A stretch of 64,000 bases of DNA from the IMG/VR virus record IMGVR_UViG_3300021378_000004. One strand, 5' to 3'. The notes beneath the pieces were generated by a model that was not told where the DNA came from, did no database searches, and was given only the letters and a program-made list of their open reading frames with translations. Source of the DNA: a virus. The position numbers were made by a program, and so were the translations under genes. Of this stretch, positions 1-10,365 are shown in pieces. Within the stretch, counting starts at the first letter, position 1; every line of letters starts with the position of its first letter.

Positions 1-173
1 TTGACGACGAAGAAACTTTTGCACAAAAGGTATCTCAGTTAAAAGAATCATATTTTGCTAAGACAACTAAAACCCAAGATGAGATTGTTGAAGATGATGA
101 TGCTCCACTAGTGGAATCAACAGGTTCAATGGATCAATATCTTAAAGCAATAAAGAAAACTGCAACAAAATAA
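1..173 (+). CDS. gp22: Prohead core scaffold protein gp22, C-terminal part (truncated by window edge)
   Basis: Frame from nt 3 reads DDEETFAQKVSQLKESYF...SMDQYLKAIKK, stop at 171-173; directly upstream of gp23 as in T4-like phages. Confidence 0.8.
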   Translation, partial: DDEETFAQKVSQLKESYFAKTTKTQDEIVEDDDAPLVESTGSMDQYLKAIKKTATK

Positions 174-187
174 ATAGGGAGTCTTAA

Positions 188-1507
188 ATGACACAATCAT
201 ACGATAGATTGATCGAAAAATGGGCACCAGTGCTGAACGAAGAGTCAGCTGGTACTATTGCGGATCATCATAAAAAAGCTGTAACAGCTGCAGTACTTGA
301 GAATCAGGAAATCGCACTTAGAGAAGAAGGAATGATTACAGAAGCAGCTCCAGGAAATGCTACAGGTTCAGTAGCAAATTGGAATCCAGTATTAATTGCA
401 CTAGTAAGACGTGCTATGCCTAACTTAATGGCATATGACATCTGTGGTGTACAACCAATGTCTGGCCCAACTGGTCTTATCTTCGCAATGAAGTCAAGAT
501 ACGGTGGTGGTTCAACATCAAATAGAGAAGCATTATTCAACGAAGCTGAGACTCAGTTTTCTGGTGACAGTGGTGGCACTCACGATTCTGATAACGTATC
601 AGGTTTAAGAGACTCACAAGGTGGCGGAACTGTTGGAACAGTCGATGACGACAGACTTACAGCTCTTGCTGCAGGTGGTATGACAACCAATGAAGCTGAG
701 AAATTAGGTTCAACTGGAGAATCATCATTCAGAGAGATGGGATTCACTATTGAGAAAGCAACTGTGACTGCTAAGTCAAGAGCATTAAAAGCTGAATACA
801 GCTTAGAATTAGCTCAAGACCTTAAAGCTATTCATGGTCTAGACGCTGAGACAGAATTGGCAAACATCTTGTCAACAGAAATCTTAGCTGAAATCAATAG
901 AGAAGTTATTAGAACTATTAACTCTCAAGCTAAAACTGGTGCTTTACAATCTAACACAGCTATTAACGGTATCTTTAATATTCAAACAGATGCTGATGGT
1001 AGATGGTCAGTTGAAAAGTTTAAAGGACTTGTATTACAAATCGAAAGAGAATGTAATAGAATTGCAATCGAGACACGTAGAGGTAAAGGAAACTTTATCA
1101 TATGTTCATCTGATGTAGCATCTGCACTTTCTGCAGCTGGTATGTTAGACTACACACCTGCAATGTCAACAAACTTAAATGTTGATGACACAGGTAACAC
1201 TTTTGCTGGTGTCTTAAACGGTAGAACAAGAGTTTACATCGATCCGTATGCTGCACAAAACTATGTGACAGTTGGATATAAGGGAACTAACCCATACGAT
1301 GCTGGTCTATTCTATTGCCCATACGTTCCATTAACAATGGTACGTGCAGTTGGTGAAGATACATTCCAACCAAAAATTGGTTTTAAAACCAGATATGGAA
1401 TGGCATCTAACCCATACGTAGGTGCAACACCTGCTGATGGTCTAGCCGCAGTTAAGACTAACCAATACTACAGAATATTCAGAGTTGACAATATTCTAGG
1501 TGCTTAG
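188..1507 (+). CDS. gp23: Major capsid protein
   Basis: KWAPVL, GVQPMSGPTGLIFAM, AKSRALKAEYSLELAQDLKAIHGLDAE and FQPKIGFKTRYG are T4 gp23 signatures. Confidence 0.99.
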   Translation: MTQSYDRLIEKWAPVLNEESAGTIADHHKKAVTAAVLENQEIALREEGMITEAAPGNATGSVANWNPVLIALVRRAMPNLMAYDICGVQPMSGPTGLIFAMKSRYGGGSTSNREALFNEAETQFSGDSGGTHDSDNVSGLRDSQGGGTVGTVDDDRLTALAAGGMTTNEAEKLGSTGESSFREMGFTIEKATVTAKSRALKAEYSLELAQDLKAIHGLDAETELANILSTEILAEINREVIRTINSQAKTGALQSNTAINGIFNIQTDADGRWSVEKFKGLVLQIERECNRIAIETRRGKGNFIICSSDVASALSAAGMLDYTPAMSTNLNVDDTGNTFAGVLNGRTRVYIDPYAAQNYVTVGYKGTNPYDAGLFYCPYVPLTMVRAVGEDTFQPKIGFKTRYGMASNPYVGATPADGLAAVKTNQYYRIFRVDNILGA

Positions 1508-1532
1508 TCTTAGTACTTTAAATTAATATTAG

Positions 1533-1559
1533 AAGAGGGACGAAAGTCCCTCTTTTTTT
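1533..1559 (+). terminator. Rho-independent terminator after gp23
   Basis: AGAGGGAC-GAAA-GTCCCTCT hairpin followed by a T run. Confidence 0.9.
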
Positions 1560-1561
1560 CG

Positions 1562-1569
1562 TATAAATA
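1562..1569 (+). promoter_or_regulatory. T4-type late (gp55) promoter
   Basis: TATAAATA immediately upstream of the gp3-like ATG. Confidence 0.8.
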
Positions 1570-1574
1570 CAATT

Positions 1575-2141
1575 ATGGCATTAACTACAAACTTTAACTA
1601 TCTACAACCAACTGGATTTAAGTTAGTAATAGATAGAAAAAATTATCCGAACTTAGAGTTCTTCTGTCAAGATTTCACCCACGCTGGTGTAATTATGAAT
1701 ACAGCAGATCTTGGCTATAAGAAAATAGCAGCAATTCCATTTATAGGTGACAAACTTACTTATAATGAAATGCTAGCAAATATAATCATTGATGAAGATA
1801 TGAAGACTTATACAGAGATGCACAACTGGATGAGAAGAAATCTTGATCAAGATAACGTAACAGCACTTGATAGATTTAATAACGCAAATGCAATACCTGC
1901 AATGTCTGATATAACGTTATCAATACTTAATAGTTCAAATAACACTATAGCACAAATTATCTATAGAGATAGTATACCAACAGCATTAACTGATATTCAG
2001 TTTCAAGCTACAACTGGTGCTGAATCTTTTCTAACATTTGGTGCTTCATTTAGATTTACTTATTTTGATATTAAGACAATTAATCCAACAACTGGTGCAA
2101 TAACAGATTCATTTGATGTAACTGGTTCTGTAACTGGTTAA
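1575..2141 (+). CDS. gp3: Tail tube terminator / tail completion protein (gp3-like)
   Basis: NYLQPTGFKLVI...PNLEFFCQ, tail-tube fold pattern; synteny between gp23 and uvsY. Confidence 0.75.
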   Translation: MALTTNFNYLQPTGFKLVIDRKNYPNLEFFCQDFTHAGVIMNTADLGYKKIAAIPFIGDKLTYNEMLANIIIDEDMKTYTEMHNWMRRNLDQDNVTALDRFNNANAIPAMSDITLSILNSSNNTIAQIIYRDSIPTALTDIQFQATTGAESFLTFGASFRFTYFDIKTINPTTGAITDSFDVTGSVTG

Positions 2142-2165
2142 TATATATTATTAATTGGAGAGATT

Positions 2166-2612
2166 ATGATAGACTTGAAAAAAGTCCACGATATGTGGCA
2201 AAACGATAGCATTATTAACAATGCAAAATTAGACGAAACTTCAAAAAACACACCGCAGTTACATTCAAAATATTTACAAATATGGTCAACCGCAAAGTTA
2301 GAACTAAAACGCTGTGAGTTTGAACAAAAGAAATTACTTAAAGACAAATGGTTATATTATAATGGTAAGATGGATCATGAAACAATAAAAGAAAAAGGTT
2401 GGGTGCCAGATCCATTTGATGGTTTAAAAGTACTCAAAGGCGAAATGGATTATTACTATGATAGTGATCCGGAAATTCAAAAGTCAGAAGAAAGAATACA
2501 ATATTGGAAAACTGTAGTTGAAACTTTATCTGAAATTATTGATAATTTAAAGTGGAGACACCAGACAATAGGTAATATTATTAAATGGAAACAATTCGAA
2601 TCAGGAAATTAA
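2166..2612 (+). CDS. uvsY: Recombination mediator UvsY
   Basis: TPQLHSKYL, KWLYYNGK, C-terminal RHQTIGNIIKWKQFESG; adjacent to uvsW. Confidence 0.9.
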   Translation: MIDLKKVHDMWQNDSIINNAKLDETSKNTPQLHSKYLQIWSTAKLELKRCEFEQKKLLKDKWLYYNGKMDHETIKEKGWVPDPFDGLKVLKGEMDYYYDSDPEIQKSEERIQYWKTVVETLSEIIDNLKWRHQTIGNIIKWKQFESGN

Positions 2613-4057
2613 ATCATTCTATAATACATGTAGAATGCGAAAGAGGCGTAGGTGCAGAACTACGAGAGTTTTTTTCATTCTATGTTCCTGGTTATAAATT
2701 TATGCCAGCATTTCGTAATCGATTGTGGGATGGAAAAATAAGATTATTTAATCAAATTAATGGACAAATATCTGCAGGACTATTTCCTCAAATAGTAACG
2801 TTTGCAGAAAAACGTGAATATGAAATTGAAATACTAGAATCAGATTATGGTAATCCTAATGAAGGAAATAAAATAAATCCCGAATTTATGATGAAGTTTG
2901 TAGATGCTTTAAAGTTACCATTTAAAATAAGAGATTATCAGTTTGATGCAGTATGCACTGGAATACAAAGAAAAAATGCTATATTGCTATCACCAACTGG
3001 TTCTGGTAAATCACTTATAATATATGTTCTAATGCGTTATCTTATATCGTCATTCGAACAAGACGTTCTTGTGATAGTGCCGACTACATCATTAGTTGAG
3101 CAAATGTATAATGATTTTAAAACTTATGGTTATGACGTTGAAAAATATTGTCATAGAATATATTCAGGTAAAGATAAAAATACAACTAAGAGAATCATAA
3201 TAAGCACATGGCAATCAATATATAGATTTCAACCAGATTGGTTTAGTAGATTTGGAACAGTATTTGGAGATGAGTGTCATGGATTTAAATCTAAATCGCT
3301 TACTACTATAATGAATAAATGCGTAGAAGCTGAATATAGATTTGGAACAACCGGTACCTTAGACGGAGCGCTAACGCATGAATTAGTATTGCAAGGATTA
3401 TTTGGTAAAGTATATAGAGTTACTAGTACACGCGAATTACAAGATAATGACACACTTGCAAAGCTTTCTATAAGAAGAATAGTATTAGATCATAGTGAAG
3501 AAATTAAAAAGAATTTTGGCAAAAAAACATATCAAGAAGAAATTGAATTTATAGTTACTAATATTAAACGAAATACTTTTATAAAAAACTTAACTTTAGA
3601 TTTAAAAGGCAATACATTAGTTTTATATAACTATGTAGAAAAACATGGGAAGCCTCTTTACAATATGATTAAAGATGAAGCCGCAGAAAATCGCAAGATT
3701 TTTTTTGTATCCGGAGAAACTGCAGCTACAGATCGAGAAGCTATAAGAGGAATAGTAGAAAAACAAAAAAATTCTATTACAGTTGCATCACTTGGTACAT
3801 TTAGTACGGGTATAAATATTAGGAACCTACATAATATCGTCTTTGCATCTCCATCTAAATCACAAATAAGAGTTTTACAAAGTATAGGAAGAGGTTTAAG
3901 AAAAACAGATGATGGAAGAAGTACCACACTTTACGACATCATTGATGACATAGTTTGGAAGTCTCGAAAAAACTTTGGCATATTACATGCTGACGAAAGA
4001 CTTAGAATTTACGGAAGAGAAAAATTTAACCACAAGACTTATAGAGTGAATTTATGA
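2585..4057 (+). CDS. uvsW: SF2 DNA/RNA-DNA helicase UvsW
   Basis: WDGKIRLF, SPTGSGKS (Walker A), DECH, QSIGRGLR. Confidence 0.97.
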   Translation: METIRIRKLNHSIIHVECERGVGAELREFFSFYVPGYKFMPAFRNRLWDGKIRLFNQINGQISAGLFPQIVTFAEKREYEIEILESDYGNPNEGNKINPEFMMKFVDALKLPFKIRDYQFDAVCTGIQRKNAILLSPTGSGKSLIIYVLMRYLISSFEQDVLVIVPTTSLVEQMYNDFKTYGYDVEKYCHRIYSGKDKNTTKRIIISTWQSIYRFQPDWFSRFGTVFGDECHGFKSKSLTTIMNKCVEAEYRFGTTGTLDGALTHELVLQGLFGKVYRVTSTRELQDNDTLAKLSIRRIVLDHSEEIKKNFGKKTYQEEIEFIVTNIKRNTFIKNLTLDLKGNTLVLYNYVEKHGKPLYNMIKDEAAENRKIFFVSGETAATDREAIRGIVEKQKNSITVASLGTFSTGINIRNLHNIVFASPSKSQIRVLQSIGRGLRKTDDGRSTTLYDIIDDIVWKSRKNFGILHADERLRIYGREKFNHKTYRVNL

Positions 4058-4545
4058 ATATAAAACAATTTAAGTTAACAAATAATGAAGAGATAATATG
4101 TGAAGTTGTGGAATGGAATACTGGCGATGACACTGGTGATGTTCTAGTAAAAAAAGCTTTTAGAGTTATAACTGTTGAAGATTACCAAAGAGGTTGGAGG
4201 TTCTTTGCTTTTAGACCTTGGATGTCTTTTCAAGATGATCCATCTTCAATGCAAACAATTAATTCATCACATATAATAGTTACTACCAATCCATCAAAAA
4301 ATATATTAAAACATTATAAAACATGTTTAACTAGTGTAGCTAAAGATTTAAAATCAAATAAATCAAGTGGAAAGAAAATATACGCTAACTTTGATGAAAT
4401 ACAAAATGAAATAAGAGATTTAACTGATGAAGAGATGGATGACTTTTTAGAAAATAAGTACGGTGCGGCTGAAGAAGATAGCCAAGTTCCAGATTCAAGT
4501 GATGGCAAGATTATTAAATTCAAACCCCGTGATACTTTTCATTAA
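4054..4545 (+). CDS. Conserved T4-like hypothetical protein (Sm-like N-terminus)
   Basis: IKQFKLTNNEEIICEV...FRPWM pattern; usual position between uvsW and gp55. Confidence 0.6.
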   Translation: MNIKQFKLTNNEEIICEVVEWNTGDDTGDVLVKKAFRVITVEDYQRGWRFFAFRPWMSFQDDPSSMQTINSSHIIVTTNPSKNILKHYKTCLTSVAKDLKSNKSSGKKIYANFDEIQNEIRDLTDEEMDDFLENKYGAAEEDSQVPDSSDGKIIKFKPRDTFH

Positions 4546-4546
4546 A

Positions 4547-4587
4547 GTATATCCCCTTCTCCCCGTATACTCTTTTATTATACCATA
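4547..4587 (-). repeat. 41-bp element (extended -10 plus G-tract), inverted copy of 53857-53897
   Basis: Reverse complement TATGGTATAATAAAAGAGTATACGGGGAGAAGGGGATATAC is identical to 53857-53897. Confidence 0.95.
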
Positions 4588-4605
4588 CTTTTTAACAAAT
4601 GTACA
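4577..4605 (-). promoter_or_regulatory. Reverse-strand sigma70-type early promoter
   Basis: TGTACA-N17-TATAAT with TG extension on the minus strand. Confidence 0.75.
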
Positions 4606-4640
4606 CCATTATATTTTCAGCTAAGAGAGAAATTTAACAG

Positions 4641-4669
4641 TGTACTTTTAATAAAAACTGGTGTATAAT
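4641..4669 (+). promoter_or_regulatory. Sigma70-type early promoter of gp55
   Basis: TGTACT-N17-TATAAT. Confidence 0.75.
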
Positions 4670-4695
4670 AATACTATAAAATAAAGGTTTAAACA

Positions 4696-5280
4696 ATGGC
4701 ACGTAAAAAAAGTATACATTATGTCAACAACTCTGATTTTAGTACAGCTGTAGTTGAATATGTTAAAACAGTAGATCATGCTAGAAAAACAGATATCAAC
4801 ATTCCAACAGTACCAGATTATGTAGCTCAATGCTTTCTTAAAATAGCAGAAGGACTGTCTCATAAAGGAAACTTTATAAGGTATACATACAGAGAAGAAA
4901 TGGTAATGGACGCAGTTGAAAATTGTTTAAAGGCAATAAGTAATTACAATTTAGAAGCAGCTACTAGAACTGGTAAACCAAATGCATTTGCATATTTTAC
5001 ACAGATAACATGGTATGCTTTTTTAAGAAGAATAGCAAAAGAAAAAAAACAACAAGAAATTAAAATGAAATATTTAACTAAATCTGGTTTAGATAGTTTT
5101 GTTGATGTTGGTACCGAAGAAGTAGCAGCTTCGACTGCATTACATTTTGTAGATACATTAAAAGATAGAATTGCAAGAGTACGTAATACAGACAGCGAAG
5201 TAAAAGAAATAGTTAAAAAAGAAAAAAAGAAACGTAAATCAAAATTAGCAGATTCTGATTTAAGTGAATTTATGCAATGA
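4696..5280 (+). CDS. gp55: Late transcription sigma factor gp55
   Basis: HYVNN, IAEGLSHKGNF, YREEMVMDAVENCL, NAFAYFTQI, AFLRRIAKEKKQ. Confidence 0.97.
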   Translation: MARKKSIHYVNNSDFSTAVVEYVKTVDHARKTDINIPTVPDYVAQCFLKIAEGLSHKGNFIRYTYREEMVMDAVENCLKAISNYNLEAATRTGKPNAFAYFTQITWYAFLRRIAKEKKQQEIKMKYLTKSGLDSFVDVGTEEVAASTALHFVDTLKDRIARVRNTDSEVKEIVKKEKKKRKSKLADSDLSEFMQ

Positions 5281-5699
5281 AGGTAGGCATTACAGCATCT
5301 ACATTTGATTTATTACACGCAGGTCATGTTGAAATGCTAAGAGAAGCAAAAGAACAATGTGATTATTTAATTTGTGCTTTACAGATTGATCCTTCAATCG
5401 ACAGAGCAGAAAAAAATAAACCTGTTCAAAGTATAGTTGAAAGATATACACAACTAGCAGCTGTTAAGTTTGTAAATGAAGTTATTCCATATATGTATGA
5501 ATGCGATCTTGTTGATATTTTATCAATGAGAAGTATTGATGTACGTATATTAGGTGAAGAATATAGAGAAAAAGACTTTACTGGTAGAGATATTTGTAAA
5601 GCACGTGATATAGAATTGTACTTTAATAAACGAGAACATAGATTTAGTACAAGTGATTTAAGAAAGAGAATAACAAATGAAAATAGCAATATTATGTGA
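5277..5699 (+). CDS. Glycerol-3-phosphate cytidylyltransferase-like (TagD family)
   Basis: STFDLLHAGH (HIGH motif), C-terminal RFSTSDLR. Confidence 0.85.
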   Translation: MKVGITASTFDLLHAGHVEMLREAKEQCDYLICALQIDPSIDRAEKNKPVQSIVERYTQLAAVKFVNEVIPYMYECDLVDILSMRSIDVRILGEEYREKDFTGRDICKARDIELYFNKREHRFSTSDLRKRITNENSNIM

Positions 5700-6735
5700 C
5701 ACCCATTGCGGTATTAGAAACTCTTCAGAAGTTTTTTTAGATAACGCAGAAGATTTTTACACAAATATATTTTTTCCGGAATGCCAAAAGCAAGGAATAA
5801 CTCAAATATTACACCTAGGTGATTATTACGATCATCGTAAGTTTGTAAATTTTAAAGCGCTTAATCAAAATCGTAGAGTATTCTTAGACCAATTAAGAAA
5901 AAATAATATGACGATGGATATTATACCTGGCAACCATGACACATATTACAAAAATACAAATGAACTTAATTCATTAAAAGAATGTTTAGGACATTACATG
6001 AATGAAATTCATATTGTTATGGAACCAACAGTTATGCAATACGGTTCTTTAAGTATGGGTTTACTGCCGTGGATATGCGCAGATAATTACGATCAATCTA
6101 TGAACTTTATAAGAGACTGTAAAGCTGATTGGCTAGGCTCACATCTTGAATTATCTAACTTTGAAATTGGCAGAGGAATAATGGCGCACAGTGGTATGGA
6201 CCCTAAGCTATTTCAAAAGTTTGAACAAGTTTTATCAGGTCATTATCATACAGCATCCAGAAGAGATAATATTTGGTACTTAGGTAATCCTATGGAGTTC
6301 TTTTGGTCAGATGCACATGATCCTAAGTATTTTCATATACTTGATACTGAAACAAGGCAAATAGAAAAAATAAAAAATACTTACACTTTATTTGAAAAAA
6401 TTGTGTACAATGACAAAGAAATGGATTATAATAACTATAATAAAAACTTATCTAAAAAGTTTGTTAAAGTTGTTGTGGCTGAAAAGACAGATCCATTTAC
6501 GTTTGATAGGTTTATTGATAATATTCAAAACCAAGATATTTATGAATTAAAGATAGCTGAAAACTTTAATGAATTTATGGGTGATAATGTTGAAGATGAC
6601 AATATAAGTTTTGAAGATACTACTGAAGTTGTTGACACTTACATTGAAGCAGTGGATACGGATTTAGATAAAAATAAAATTAAGGTCCAAATGAGAGAAT
6701 TAATGACAGAAGCACAGGCACTTGAAATAGCATGA
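5677..6735 (+). CDS. gp47: Recombination endonuclease subunit gp47 (Mre11-like)
   Basis: DTHCG, HLGDYYD, PGNHD, SGHYH metallophosphoesterase motifs. Confidence 0.96.
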   Translation: MKIAILCDTHCGIRNSSEVFLDNAEDFYTNIFFPECQKQGITQILHLGDYYDHRKFVNFKALNQNRRVFLDQLRKNNMTMDIIPGNHDTYYKNTNELNSLKECLGHYMNEIHIVMEPTVMQYGSLSMGLLPWICADNYDQSMNFIRDCKADWLGSHLELSNFEIGRGIMAHSGMDPKLFQKFEQVLSGHYHTASRRDNIWYLGNPMEFFWSDAHDPKYFHILDTETRQIEKIKNTYTLFEKIVYNDKEMDYNNYNKNLSKKFVKVVVAEKTDPFTFDRFIDNIQNQDIYELKIAENFNEFMGDNVEDDNISFEDTTEVVDTYIEAVDTDLDKNKIKVQMRELMTEAQALEIA

Positions 6736-8432
6736 TAATTTTTAAATCTATTAAGTATAAAAACTTTTTATCTTCTGGTAATTACTTTACAGAAATACCT
6801 TTAGATAAAAACAAATCTACTCTTGTAGTTGGCCAAAATGGTGCAGGTAAATCTACAATGCTTGATGCCATATCATTTGCATTATTTGGTAAACCACATC
6901 GTAGAATAAGTAAAAGCCAACTTGTTAATTCTATTAATCAAAAACAAGCAATGGTAGAAATAGAATTTACAGTAGGGAAAGCACAATTTAAAATTGTAAG
7001 AGGCATAAAGCCAAATACATTTGAAATATGGAAAGATGGTAATATGATTAACCAATCTTCCCATTCATTAGAATACCAAAAGATCCTCGAACAAAACATT
7101 CTGAAACTTAATCATAAAAGTTTTCACCAAGTAGTTGTACTGGGTTCCTCCTCTTTTATCCCTTTTATGCAACTTAATGCTGGTAATCGTAGGAATGTTA
7201 TAGAGGATCTTTTGGATATTAATATTTTTTCTAAGATGAATATAATATTACGAGAAAGAAATTCTGTATTAAAAGAAAATATTAATCAAATAAACAATGA
7301 TACGAATATAATTAAAAGTAAAATAGAACAACAATCAAAATATATTCGTGACATTGCTGCTTTAACTCAAGAAAATAAAAACAAATATGAAAAACAAATT
7401 AAAATATCTCGAGCAAGAATTAATGAACTTCAAAATGAAAATAATCAATTAAGTCAAGAACTAGAAGCAAGCACTGCTAATGATGAATTAAAAGAATTAC
7501 AAACTAGAAAAAATAAAATCATTAGTGAAATAGCAACTATAAAACAAGAAATGAAAGCAATTGCAAAGCGTGGTATGTTTTTAGAAAAAAATGATGAATG
7601 TCCAACGTGTGATCAACCAATAGCAAATAAGGATAAACTTTTACTTGACACTAAAACAGAAGCAAAGCAAGTACAATCTTCTTTAACTACAGTAGAAACT
7701 AATAGCACTTCTGTTGATACTGAAATTTCTTTATTAGAAGCAATAATTACAAAGATAAGAGAAAAAACTAATAATATTAACGCTAATAATAGAGAAATAG
7801 TTTCATTAAACCAAAGTAACGACGAATTACAAAAGTATTTAGAAAGTGAAGTATCTGCTGATTTAACTGGTGCTAGAGAAGATTTACAACAAATGACTAA
7901 TGATAAAGAAAGTTTATTTGAAGAAAAACTCAAGCTCAACGAACAATTTGGTTATAATGGCATTATCGCTGAAATGTTAAGAGATACTGGTATTAAAACA
8001 AAAATTATAAAACAGTATCTTCCAACAATTAATAAACTTGTTAATCAATATCTCCAAACTCTGGACTTCTTTGTATCTTTTAACTTAGATGAAAATTTTA
8101 ATGAAACAATAAGATCAAGACATAGAGATGATTTTACTTATGATTCATTCAGTGAAGGTGAAAAGCAAAGAATAGATTTATCATTATTATTTACGTGGAG
8201 ACAAATTGCTAAAATGAAAAACTCAGTAGCAACTAACCTATTAGTTCTTGACGAAACATTTGATTCTTCGCTAGATCATGACGGTATTGAAAACTTACTT
8301 AAAATATTACATACATTAGATGCTGATAGTAATACTTTTATTATATCGCACAAAGGAGATATACTTGATGGTAAGTTTGAATCCAAAATTGAGTTTATAA
8401 AAGATCGAAATTTTTCTAAGATAAAAAATTAA
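6732..8432 (+). CDS. gp46: Recombination ATPase gp46 (Rad50-like)
   Basis: GQNGAGKS, CPTC zinc hook, FSEGEKQRIDL, LDETFD. Confidence 0.97.
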   Translation: MIIFKSIKYKNFLSSGNYFTEIPLDKNKSTLVVGQNGAGKSTMLDAISFALFGKPHRRISKSQLVNSINQKQAMVEIEFTVGKAQFKIVRGIKPNTFEIWKDGNMINQSSHSLEYQKILEQNILKLNHKSFHQVVVLGSSSFIPFMQLNAGNRRNVIEDLLDINIFSKMNIILRERNSVLKENINQINNDTNIIKSKIEQQSKYIRDIAALTQENKNKYEKQIKISRARINELQNENNQLSQELEASTANDELKELQTRKNKIISEIATIKQEMKAIAKRGMFLEKNDECPTCDQPIANKDKLLLDTKTEAKQVQSSLTTVETNSTSVDTEISLLEAIITKIREKTNNINANNREIVSLNQSNDELQKYLESEVSADLTGAREDLQQMTNDKESLFEEKLKLNEQFGYNGIIAEMLRDTGIKTKIIKQYLPTINKLVNQYLQTLDFFVSFNLDENFNETIRSRHRDDFTYDSFSEGEKQRIDLSLLFTWRQIAKMKNSVATNLLVLDETFDSSLDHDGIENLLKILHTLDADSNTFIISHKGDILDGKFESKIEFIKDRNFSKIKN

Positions 8433-8445
8433 ATGAAATTAACTG

Positions 8446-8474
8446 TGTACATTTACATAAAACTATGGTATAAT
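8446..8474 (+). promoter_or_regulatory. Early promoter of gp45
   Basis: TGTACA-N17-TATAAT with TGG extension. Confidence 0.8.
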
Positions 8475-8508
8475 ACTATTATAAAATCAAAAAGGAAGGT
8501 TATTAATT

Positions 8509-9186
8509 ATGGAATTAAGTGAAAGCACTTTACAAGTTTTAAGAAACTTTTCAGGTATTAATCAAAATTTATTGATTAAATCTGGATCGAATATTAAAAC
8601 AATAAGTGAAGCAAGGAACGTGGTGGCAACTGCCGATGTCACTGAAAGTTTTGAAAAAGATTTCGGCATATACGATTTAAATGAATTTATTGGAGTAATG
8701 GGTTTAGTCGATGCTCCATCATTAAAATTTGATGAAGACTTTGTTACTGTTTCAGATTCATCGGGTAGATCTAAAGTAAAATATTTCTATGCTGCTGAAG
8801 AAACATTAACAACACCCACTAAAGACGTTACTATGCCTGAGGCTGATGTTAAGTTTGTACTAGATAATGATACACTTAACAAACTAAAAAAAGCTGCATC
8901 AACATTAGGTCATAGTGAAGTATCAATAAAAGCAAAAGATGGCATATTAAGTTTGTCAGTTGTTGAAAACCAAAATGCAACATCAAATGCTTTTTCTATT
9001 GATATAGACGGCGAGTTTAAACAGGACGCTGTTTTTAACTTTATTATAAGTATTTCTAATCTTAAAATCCTACCAGGTGATTATGAAGTAGAAATATCTT
9101 CTAAACTAATAACGCAATTCAAAAATAAAGAAGTACCTCTAAGGTATTGGATTGCACTTGAAAAAACATCAACTTACGGAGTGTGA
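8509..9186 (+). CDS. gp45: Sliding clamp gp45
   Basis: LRNFSGINQNL, FGIYDLNEF, C-terminal YWIALE. Confidence 0.96.
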   Translation: MELSESTLQVLRNFSGINQNLLIKSGSNIKTISEARNVVATADVTESFEKDFGIYDLNEFIGVMGLVDAPSLKFDEDFVTVSDSSGRSKVKYFYAAEETLTTPTKDVTMPEADVKFVLDNDTLNKLKKAASTLGHSEVSIKAKDGILSLSVVENQNATSNAFSIDIDGEFKQDAVFNFIISISNLKILPGDYEVEISSKLITQFKNKEVPLRYWIALEKTSTYGV

Positions 9187-9187
9187 C

Positions 9188-9427
9188 ATGTCAGAAAACT
9201 TAACTCAACTAAAAGACCTTGCTAATAAAGCAAGTAGAAGTACTGTAGCAGTAATAGATGCTGTTACTCAAAGAGGCGGATTCAAAGGTGAAGAGCTTTC
9301 TACTATTGGTAGCTTAAGAGACCAATGTATTCAAATCATTCAAATTAGTGAAGCTCTTCAGCAAGAAGACGCTATGAGTGATAGCAGCCCTGCACCGGAA
9401 CCTGCAAATGATAAGCCAAAGAAATAA
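9188..9427 (+). CDS. Hypothetical protein (probable start MSENL)
   Basis: Fills the gap between gp45 and gp44; IDAVTQRGGFKGEELSTIG motif. Confidence 0.6.
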   Translation: MSENLTQLKDLANKASRSTVAVIDAVTQRGGFKGEELSTIGSLRDQCIQIIQISEALQQEDAMSDSSPAPEPANDKPKK

Positions 9428-10365
9428 TGAGTAATGAATTTCTATGGGTTGAAAAGTATAGGCCTAAGATTGTATCAGAAACTATCTTACCTGAATCTTT
9501 AAAACTAACCTTCCAAAAGATAGTCGACGGTGGTGAACTTCCTAATATGTTGTTCACTGGTACTGCCGGCTTAGGTAAGACCACAGTCGCCCGAGCTCTA
9601 TGTAACGAGCTCGGTTGCGATTTTATTCTTATCAACGGTTCTGAAGAAGGTAATATTGATACGTTAAGAACTAAGATAAAACAATTTGCATCATCTGTTT
9701 CATTACAAGGTGGTTATAAAGTTGTTATATTAGATGAAGCTGACTATCTCAATCCACAATCTACACAACCAGCGTTACGCGGTTTTATAGAAGAGTTTTC
9801 CAATAACTGCAGATTTATTCTTACTTGTAATTTTAAAAACAGAATTATCGAGCCACTACATTCACGATGCGGTGTATATGAATTTAATACATCCAAAAAA
9901 TCTATGATTGAATTATGTGAATCCTTTATGGCTAGATGTAAAACTATTTTAGATAATGAAAAAATTGAATATGACGATAAGCCTTTGGCTGAACTTATAA
10001 TTAAATTTGCACCAGATTGGCGTAGAGTATTAAATGAACTTCAAAGATATTCTATTAATGGCCGTATTGATTCAGGCATTGTTGCTAATTTACAAGATAA
10101 AAACTTCGATGATCTATTCTCTCATTTAAAAAATAAAAATTTCAAAAGTATGCGATCTTGGGTAGTAAACAATATAGATACAGATGCAAGCGCTATTTTT
10201 AGAGCTATTTACGACAGAATGTCAGATAAAGTTGCGCCACAATCAATACCACAGCTCGTGCTTTTGCTTGCAGACTATCAATATAAAAATGCATTTGTTG
10301 CTGACCACGAACTCAATGTGGTAGCATGTTTAACGGAGGTAATGTCAGATGTACAATTCACTTAA
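9427..10365 (+). CDS. gp44: Clamp loader large subunit gp44
   Basis: LWVEKYRP, GTAGLGKT, DEAD, PLHSRC. Confidence 0.97.
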   Translation: MSNEFLWVEKYRPKIVSETILPESLKLTFQKIVDGGELPNMLFTGTAGLGKTTVARALCNELGCDFILINGSEEGNIDTLRTKIKQFASSVSLQGGYKVVILDEADYLNPQSTQPALRGFIEEFSNNCRFILTCNFKNRIIEPLHSRCGVYEFNTSKKSMIELCESFMARCKTILDNEKIEYDDKPLAELIIKFAPDWRRVLNELQRYSINGRIDSGIVANLQDKNFDDLFSHLKNKNFKSMRSWVVNNIDTDASAIFRAIYDRMSDKVAPQSIPQLVLLLADYQYKNAFVADHELNVVACLTEVMSDVQFT

